Source: Eledone cirrhosa
Lineage: Eukaryota
DNA length: 64,000 bases
Reading direction: 5' to 3'
Assembly (NCBI GenBank): GCA_964016885.1
Contig: OZ024765.1
Span: forward strand, 9,982,001-10,046,000
Both the position numbers and the translations under genes were made by a program. The notes below the pieces were generated by a model, which was not told the DNA's origin, made no database searches, and saw nothing but the letters and a program-made list of their open reading frames with translations. This document shows, piece after piece, positions 56,002-64,000 of this stretch. Position 1 is the first letter of the stretch. Each line of letters starts with the position of its first letter.

Positions 56002-56425
56002 ATGTATTGTATATATATATATTGTATGTATTGTGTATATATATATTGTATGTATTGTATATATATATATATATTGTATGTATTGTGTATATATATATTG
56101 TATGTATTGTATATATATATATTGTATGTATTGTATATATATATATTGTATGTATTGTATATATATATATTGTATGTATTGTGTATATATATATTGTATG
56201 TATTGTATATATATATATTGTATGTATTGTGTATATATATATTGTATGTATTGTGTATATATATATTGTATGTATTGTGTATATATATATTGTATGTATT
56301 GTATATATATATATTGTATGTATTGTATATATATATATATATATATATTGTATGTATTGTATATATACATATATATATATATTTTGTATGTATTGTATAT
56401 ATATATATATATATATATTGTATGT

Positions 56426-56463
<38 letters not shown>

Positions 56464-56539
56464 ATGTATTGTATATATATATATATATATATATATTGTA
56501 TGTATTGTATATATATATATATATATATTGTATGTATTG

Positions 56540-56571
<32 letters not shown>

Positions 56572-56584
56572 TGTATGTATTGTG

Positions 56585-56628
<44 letters not shown>

Positions 56629-56829
56629 TAACAAAAACCTCAAAATCTGTCCTATACACAAGCAATATTGATCTTTCCAGTGACAAAAATTGGTTTAAGG
56701 ATGTTTTGTGAAGAATCACGTAGGCAGGAATCACCTGAAATCTGAGTTGTGACTTCCCACAACACATCTCTAGAAGGACAGACCAGGTGTGTGTGTAGCT
56801 ATGTATGTCTATATATATAGTGATCATGC

Positions 56830-57565
56830 AGGTGTCACGACAAAAAGCACCCAGCACACACTGTTAATGTGGTTGGCGTTAGGAAGGGCATCCAGCCATA
56901 GAAAACCAACAAAACTACCCAGCCCACACTGCAAAGTGGATGTGTAAAAGACACGGCAAAAAGCACCCAGCACACACTGTTAATGTGGTTGGCGTTAGGA
57001 AGGGCATCCAGCCGTAGAAAACCAACAAAACTACCCAGCCCACACTGCAAAGTGGATGTGTAAAAGACACGGCAAAAAGCAACCAGCACACACTGTTAAT
57101 GTGGTTGGCGTTAGGAAGGGCATCCAGCCATAGAAAACCAACAAAACTACCCAGCCCACACTGCAAAGTGGATGTGTAAAAGACACGGCAAAAAGCAACC
57201 AGCACACACTGTTAATGTGGTTGGCGTTAGGAAGGGCATCCAGCCATAGAAAACCAACAAAACTACCCAGCCCACACTGCAAAGTGGATGTGTAAAAGAC
57301 ACGGCAAAAAGCACCCAGCACACACTGTTAATGTGGTTGGCGTTAGGAAGGGCATCCAGCCATAGAAAACCAACAAAACTACCCAGCCCACACTGCAAAG
57401 TGGATGTGTAAAAGACACGGCAAAAAGCACCCAGCACACACTGTTAATGTGGTTGGCGTTAGGAAGGGCATCCAGCCTTAGAAAACCAACCAGAAACTCT
57501 CCTATATGAGCGAGACACGGTCACCCGACCCAACGTGCCTCTAAATGGGACAAACCCGTCTAACA
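56830..57565 (+). repeat. 116-bp tandem array (about 5.5 copies) of an RTE tail segment
   Basis: Unit contains aatgtggttggcgttaggaagggcatccagcc; ORFs offset by 116. Confidence 0.9.
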
Positions 57566-57844
57566 TAAATGTATATGTGTATATATTTGCATGCGATAAA
57601 GCTGTATTAAGAAACGCTGAGATGAGACTTATATACATATTTTTATATTTTGTTTTTTGACTTGGTAACTTCCCTCCTTACTCCTTCTTGGAGTTTCTGT
57701 TCTCCCACAATCTGAACTTTCCTGATGAAGGACTTCAGTCTAAAATGTTGAAACTTCCTCCACTTCCACCAAGTGTGAACCTAATATAACTGTGTACAAT
57801 TGTCTCCTGCGTTTTGTTTGATCATTTTCAACTATATATATATA

Positions 57845-59240
57845 TGTAGTGGAAGGTAATATCCGTAGTGGTAGAGCACTCAGTCCATGGGACGAGTTAG
57901 GTAGAAGTAGTTACACAACAGTTAGTTCACCATACCAAGAATAATTGTTTCACCTTAGCGGATCCTCAGCTCATAATGGACATGGTTATATGGAACAGGA
58001 AAGACAACCATACGAACGCGCATGCGCAGAAACGATCACTTCGCACAGGCAATACTAAATTGCGTGCGAGAGGTGTAAGGGAGATAACTGCGAAAGTCCG
58101 AAAGTTTCTGATTGATAAGAAAATTAGGATGTTGTAATTCAATCCGGAGCTTTGTAGTTATGTAAGAGGTGTTTCCAGACGTGTGGACAACGTGTGAAGA
58201 ATTCATTCCTTGAGTTTAGGCAATCACTATTGCATAATCTCTTTAGAATATTTATTCGTTCATCAATACATAGTCCACATGACGGATTGCCCCTTGCGTA
58301 TGGCTTGGACTTAGTGATGGCTTTCCATTGAATGGAGTAGTCTATATTTGAGTCCTTGAGGGACCATATGTAGCTCGCGAGTTTCGTGGATGAACGTCTG
58401 TCCGGGTACCTAAAGGTCGACTGGTGGTTCAGGAAGCATTCCTTAAATGGGCCCTCCGCCATACCCACATAGGATTTGACCTCCTGTGGTTGATTTGGTC
58501 GGTTGGAAGTGACCACAGCTTCATAAACTACAGCGGGTGTGTTGCATTGCTGTTGAAGGAGACAAGCTTCGGGCTTTCGGCAAGAGCACCCTGGTGGGGT
58601 GTTGCTCTTAGGGCTGTTGGTGATGTGGGCCTTCATGTTCTTAGCGCAGGAGTATCCTAGTTTTACTTTGTGTCGGTTAAAGATGGAGCGGTATTTATGA
58701 CCTATGGGAAAGTGTCTATCTTTAGACACTCTAGACGGCTAGAAATATTTTGCCTACATTGGTTTTAACGTTGAGTGAGAAGGGAGGAGAGAACCAGATA
58801 GTTTGTCTATTGTTACGCTTTCTTTTCTTATTGCTGTTGTTGCTAGTGGGAGAGTATGTGATAGGTTGCGAGAAGCCGCTGTTAGCCAACGCCGTGTTAT
58901 AGTAGGGTGACGCCCTGTCAAAGATAGCCTTATTAGAGGAGAGGTTTGAGATTCTAGTACTGATATTATATACGAAATTTCCCAAAACAGTGGGAGGGTG
59001 GCATGAGTCCTTGTGAATGTAATTGAGTTTTTCGTTAAGCTTATAGAAGGGTCTGTGGGTGTGTGTGCGAAGGTCTAAATTAATATCTAAGAAATCTACG
59101 CTAGAGAGGTTGGTAGCTACTGTTATGCTAAGTCCTAACTCATTGAAGGTAGAAGCTAAGTCTTTTTTAAACTGGTCGAGGTCGTGACCACTTTTATGGC
59201 TCGATAAGGTCAGTCCATCGTTGCGGTATATTCCCAGATC
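57845..59240 (-). mobile_element. Decayed 5'-truncated Penelope-like retroelement (RT C-terminus, GIY-YIG endonuclease, 3' pLTR)
   Basis: ORF 58731..59327 has GIYRNDGL (decayed YRDD), VDFLDINLDL, YIHKDSCHPP and IWFSPPFS. ORF 58139..58729 has a CxC..C..C motif, VVYEA..YVGMAEGPFK and CGLCIDE. Stop/frameshift near 58730. Confidence 0.9.
57934..57975 (-). ncRNA. Decayed hammerhead in the 3' pLTR of the Penelope element
   Basis: gag-CTGAGGA-tccgctaaggt-GAAA-CAATTA-TT-ctt, about 165 nt after the GIY-YIG stop; homolog of 24159-24201. Confidence 0.6.
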
Positions 59241-59996
59241 TGAACACAAAGGAACCAAACTCCCACTACCACTACCTCTGTCTCTCCAGCTCTCCTCATC
59301 TCTTATATATACACCAGATCTGAACACAAAGGAACCAAACTCCCACTGTCACTGCCTCTCCAACTCTCCCTATCTCTCTCATGTACACCAGATCTGAACA
59401 CAAAGGAACCAAACTCCCACTATCACTGCCTCTGTCTCTCCAGCTCTCCCCATCTCTCTCATGTACACCAGATCTGAACACAAAGGAACCAAACTCTCAC
59501 TATCACAGCCTCTGTCTCTCCAACTCTCCCCATCTCTCTCATGTACACCAGATCTGAACACAAAGGAACCAAACTCCCACTATCACAGCCTCTGTCTCTC
59601 CAACTCTCCCCATCTCTCTCATGTACACCAGATCTGAACACAAAGGAACCAAAGTCCCACTGTCACTGCCTCTGTCTCTCCAGCTCTCCCCATCTCTCTC
59701 ATGTACACCAGATCTGAACACAAAGGAACCAAACTCCCACTATCACAGCCTCTGTCTCTCCAGCTCTCCCATCTCTCTCATGTACACCAGATCTGAACAC
59801 AAAGGAACCAAACTCCCACTATCACAGCCTCTGTCTCTCCAACTCTCCCCATCTCTCTCATGTACACCAGATCTGAACACAAAGGAACCAAACTCCCACT
59901 ATCACAGCCTCTGTCTCTCCAGCTCTCCCCATCTCTCTCATGTACACCAGATCTGAACACAAAGGAATCAAACTCCCACTGCCTCTGTCTCTCCAC
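59234..59996. repeat. About 80-bp tandem array (about 9.5 copies) at the 5' truncation point of the Penelope element
   Basis: Unit ccagatctgaacacaaaggaaccaaactcccactatcacagcctctgtctctcc...; ORFs offset by 80. Confidence 0.92.
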
Positions 59997-60109
59997 CTCT
60001 CCTCAACAAATGATGGCCCACTTGTGGATAGTTCAGTTTTAAATCAACTAATGTTGATTTAAAACTGAACTATCCACAAGTGTTTTTTAACCTTCATATC
60101 ATGTCTTCA

Positions 60110-60180
60110 TGTTTTATCTGATGAAAACACAAATATTATTGCATGATGATATTTGTTTTTGAAATGTGCATAATAAAATA
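60110..60180 (+). ncRNA. Minimal type I hammerhead (same family as 32510)
   Basis: tgttttat-CTGATGA-aaacacaaat..atttgttttt-GAAA-TGTGCA-TA-ataaaata. Confidence 0.75.
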
Positions 60181-61179
60181 CATGGAACTCTTTTAACCAT
60201 CTTTTGTTCTTATATATTATATATATATATATATATATATTAGGGTAAACATTGATGCAATTCAATTCAAGCACTCAACGTACTTTTTCCACATAGGAGT
60301 GACGGAGTAAATATCGAATAAGGAAAAGCGAAGTAGTTTCAGATGTTCAAGTCCTTTAATAATAATGCTGTGATATATATTTCAATGACGACACTGGCCA
60401 CACTGTTCTGTTTGCGAGTGTTGTGACAGCATCAGCCACCTTGTTACATAATAAGGTTATGTTTCCGAGGCAATCCAAATTGAATCAACATGGGAACGGG
60501 GGAAGTGTGTGCTTTTGGGTTCCTCATCCGTTCCCCTGTGAGTACCAATTCACCCCCACCGGTCTGCGCAGGCGCATGTCCGAAGGAAGTTGACCATTAG
60601 CTACCGCAGATTTCAACGAAATTCGCTTAGTCAGTTCACCCTCTCAGCCACACAATGGCCCACCTAGGCCTGTACCATAGTTTACTGCTACCCATCCCGA
60701 CTGTGGCAGTCAGCCAAAAGCCAGAGGGGATGGGAGAGTGTTAGTTTTTACAGGTCATAATACTACCTCTCACCAAGCATGGACAGTACAACTGACCATC
60801 AACTCATAAGGGAAAATAAACTTAATTCTAGGTATCATGGTTTTACGTTGGAAGTTAAGAGTGAGAGTTGGAAATAAAAATTAAAATCCTAAATCAGATA
60901 TCAGAAATTATAAATTAAACAATTAAAAAATTAACAATTATATATATATATATGACGAAGGAAATGTGGTAAGGAACCAGATGGACCATAACGCACCAAA
61001 GTACTCAATACTTAGGGTAGTAGAGTGGGTCATAGGAACGAGTAGGACCCCGACGGCTGAGCTCAAGTCGTTTCGACGGCTAATTCTGGACTAAATTGTA
61101 CCAGGATAAAAATGTTCATTTAGTCCAGAATTAGCCGTCGAAATGGCTTGAGCTCAGCCGTCGGGGTCCTACTCGTTCC

Positions 61180-61210
<31 letters not shown>

Positions 61211-61556
61211 GGAGGCACATGGCTTAGTGGTTAGAGCATTGGCCTTGCAATCGAAAGGTTGTGAGTTCAATTCTCAGACCGGGTGATGTGTTGTTTCCTT
61301 GAGCAAGACACTTTATTTCACATTGCTCCAGTTTACTCAGCTGTAGAAATGAGATGATAGGGACTGGGGTCCATATCATTCCACTGCAAAGTGGTCATGG
61401 AGGTGCCACGGCAAAAAAGCACCCAGCACTCATTGTAAAAATGAGGTTGGTGTTAGGAAGGGCATCCAGCTGTAGAAATCAAGCCAAAATCAGTTACCGT
61501 CCCACCCTTGCAAGCAGGGAAAAGCGGACGTAAAATGAAATGATGATGATGATGAT
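61211..61556 (+). mobile_element. Full-length tRNA-derived SINE (family A) with RTE-type tail
   Basis: A box tggcttagtgg, B box gagttcaattc, core ccttgagcaagacacttt, tail ggttggtgttaggaagggcatccagctgtagaaa...(GAT)n. Confidence 0.85.
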
Positions 61557-61974
61557 ATATACATACATTGAAAATATACATATACATACATATACACACA
61601 TACACAAAATCTATATATGAGATCTCAGTGCTACAGAGTATATAAAAACAAAACTAGATTTCAAAAGACAACATGTTAGACCGCTGTCATATTTTGAGGA
61701 GTTTTCAGTACTTGTTGTCAACCCTGACATCAAAACACAACCAAATAAAAAGAAAGATCTTTGTTGAACATTTGTAGACGAGAAGAAGAAAAGCAACAAG
61801 GACGAAGAGTCATCATATAAAATGTATGTTTTTCCATTGTGCTTGTGCTTGTGTTTTTGATGAAGTTTTCCTCAAAATTTCCTGTCTTTTTGTTTGACAT
61901 TTGCTGTCTTAGGATATATCAGAAATACTTCAGAAAAGTTGCTTTGAATAACGGAAAGTCGGAAGGTCGAAGGT

Positions 61975-62540
61975 TGAAGGTGGTGGTGGTGGGGTTGTTG
62001 CTGGTGGTGGTGGTGGTGGTGGTGGTGGTGGTGGTGGTGGTGGTGATGGTGGTGGTGGTGGTGGTGATGGGGTTGTTGCTGGTGGTGGTGGTGGTGGTGG
62101 TGGTGGTGGTGAGGTGGTGGTGGTGGTGGTGGTGATGGGGTTGTTGCTGGTGGTGGTGGTGGTGGTGGTGGTGGTGGTGGTGGGGTGGTGGTGGTGGTGG
62201 TGGTGGTGGTGGTGGTGGTGGTGGTGGTGGTGGTGGTGGTGGCGGGGTTGTTGCTGTTGATGGGGGGTGATTGGGGGGTGGGAGTTGTATTGGTGGTGGT
62301 GGCGATGAGGTTGTGGTGGTGGTGATGGTGGTAGATGGAGGTGGTGATGGTGGGGGTGGTGATGGTGGTGGTAGTGGGGTTTGATGGTGGTGGTGGTGGT
62401 GGAGTTGTTGTGGTGGTGGTGGTGATGAGGTGGTAGACGTGGTGGTGCTGGTAGTGATGGTGGTAGTGGTGATGGTGGTAGTTGTGGTGGTGCTGGTGGT
62501 GAAGTGGTGATAGTGACATGGTGGTGGAGATGAGGTGATA
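61975..62540. repeat. (GGT)n low-complexity tract
   Basis: Direct reading. Confidence 0.9.
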
Positions 62541-62954
62541 CTGGAATTGGACAGGGCCAATGGACGATATAGAATGTGTGTTTATGTGTGTGTGGTGTGC
62601 GATTTAATCTGAGATATAGTCTGTGTGTGCGTGAGTGCGTGTGTGTGTGTGTGTGTGTGATTCAATACGAATGCAAATTGTGTGTATGTGTGTGATTCAA
62701 TGTGAATGTGTGTGTGTAATTCAGTGTAAGATATAGTATGTGTGTGTATATATCTACTATATTAGCTGTCAGGTTGCGGGAGTCGGGTGGGGGGGGAGAG
62801 AAAAGTTATTTAAAAGAGAGAATATAGATGCCATCTCATTTTCAAAAGCCATCACCCCAGAATATAGAGGGCTTTTCAAAATCAAACACCATGAGGTACC
62901 TCTTGTTCCTATTTTCATCCTTTGTGGGTAAGTAAGATTTTATATATATATATA

Positions 62955-63295
62955 TCATCATCATCATCATCATCTTACGTCCACTTTTCCCTGCTTGCAA
63001 GGGTGGGACGGGAACTGATTCTGGCTTGATTTCTACAGCTGGATGCCCTTCCTAACACCAACCTCATTTACAGTGTGGGCTGGGTGCTTTTTTGCTGTGG
63101 CACCTCCACGACCACTTTGCAGTGGAATGATAGGGACCCCAGTCCCTATCATCTCATTTCTACAGCTGAGTAAACTGGAGCAATGTGAAATAAAGTGTCT
63201 TGCTCAAGGAAACAACACATTACCCGGTCTGAGAATTGAACTCACAACCTTTCGATTGCAAGCCCAATGCTCTAACCACTAAGCCATGTGCCTCC
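62955..63295 (-). mobile_element. Family A SINE
   Basis: Reverse complement of the 61211 element. Confidence 0.85.
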
Positions 63296-63625
63296 ATATA
63301 TCATCATCATCATCATCATCATTTTACGTCCGCTCTTCCCTGCTCGCAAGGGTGGGACATATATATATATATATTTCTTCCTTCCTATCATTTCTTCAAG
63401 TCAGTTCACATCAAGCCACTGATTTCTGTCCTTCAAGGAAATGTTTTACCCAACGCTACTTTGATGACATTTTACTGTTTTAACAGCTTCCTTATGCCGA
63501 GATTTTCCATTTTCCTACGAATTCTAATACACTTGCATTTCAAAATTCAATATTCGAGTTAATTTTGTTTATATATATATATATAATATATTAACAAATG
63601 GAAACTAAATTTATAAAACCATATT

Positions 63626-63691
63626 TATTTTATTATACATATTTCAAGGGCCACCAAGGCAAATTATGGTGCGCTTTCATCAGATAAAATA
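63626..63691 (-). ncRNA. Minimal type I hammerhead, left arm of an inverted repeat
   Basis: tattttat-CTGATGA-aagcgcacca..tggtggccctt-GAAA-TATGTA-TA-ataaaata. Confidence 0.75.
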
Positions 63692-63835
63692 CAATACAGA
63701 TTAGTTTTATAAATAAATATTGACATACCCTGAAAAAACAACCTTAACGGTTGCAACTATTCAGGAAGCTCCAACCGTTAAGGTTGTTTTTTTTCAGGGA
63801 ATGTCAATATTTATTTATAGAACTAATCTGTATTG

Positions 63836-63901
63836 TATTTTATCTGATGAAAGCGCACCATAATTTGCCTCGGTGGCCCTTGAAATATGTATAATAAAAT
63901 A
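63836..63901 (+). ncRNA. Minimal type I hammerhead, right arm of an inverted repeat
   Basis: Mirror of 63626-63691; same family as 12809 and 48411. Confidence 0.75.
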
Positions 63902-64000
63902 AATATGGTTTTATAAATATAGTTTCCATTTGTTAATATATTGTATATTTACTCCACTAATCTGTTGAGTGCTTTATATCAGTTATAAAAATGTTTAAAC

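Noticed and set aside
61211-61285. tRNA-like sequence
   Set aside because: It is the head of a multi-copy SINE with core and RTE tail, not a tRNA gene
61600-63560. Possible exons or UTR of a neighbouring gene
   Set aside because: Unique-looking sequence, but no supportable reading frame

Overview
Repeat-rich animal genomic DNA, most likely an octopod cephalopod (inferred from the very high microsatellite load and the SINE/RTE/Penelope repertoire; not proven). Nearly all ORFs in the supplied track are translations of microsatellites. Two spliced minus-strand genes can be rebuilt by hand with GT-AG junctions and consistent phases. (1) A PANK4-type pantothenate kinase: 9 coding exons at 25109->1243, 421 codons, continuing off the left edge. 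It keeps the catalytic Glu but has Trp at the Arg position that is mutated in the human pseudokinase. (2) A complete 5-exon gene at 53430->45091 for a 186-aa secreted protein with three pacifastin/VWC-like Cys6 domains, two of them from a recent exon duplication. The least obvious layer is about 17 minimal type I hammerhead ribozyme motifs from several families on both strands. Most have palindromic stem-III loops (dimer type), and one family has a U3-A8 core variant. They are associated with Penelope-like element ends and long inverted repeats, and a decayed Penelope RT/GIY-YIG element is present at 57.8-59.2 kb. The window also holds tRNA-derived SINEs, RTE LINE fragments, piggyBac-like and Tc1-like MITEs, many local minisatellites amplified from TE or exon pieces, and a 200-N gap.
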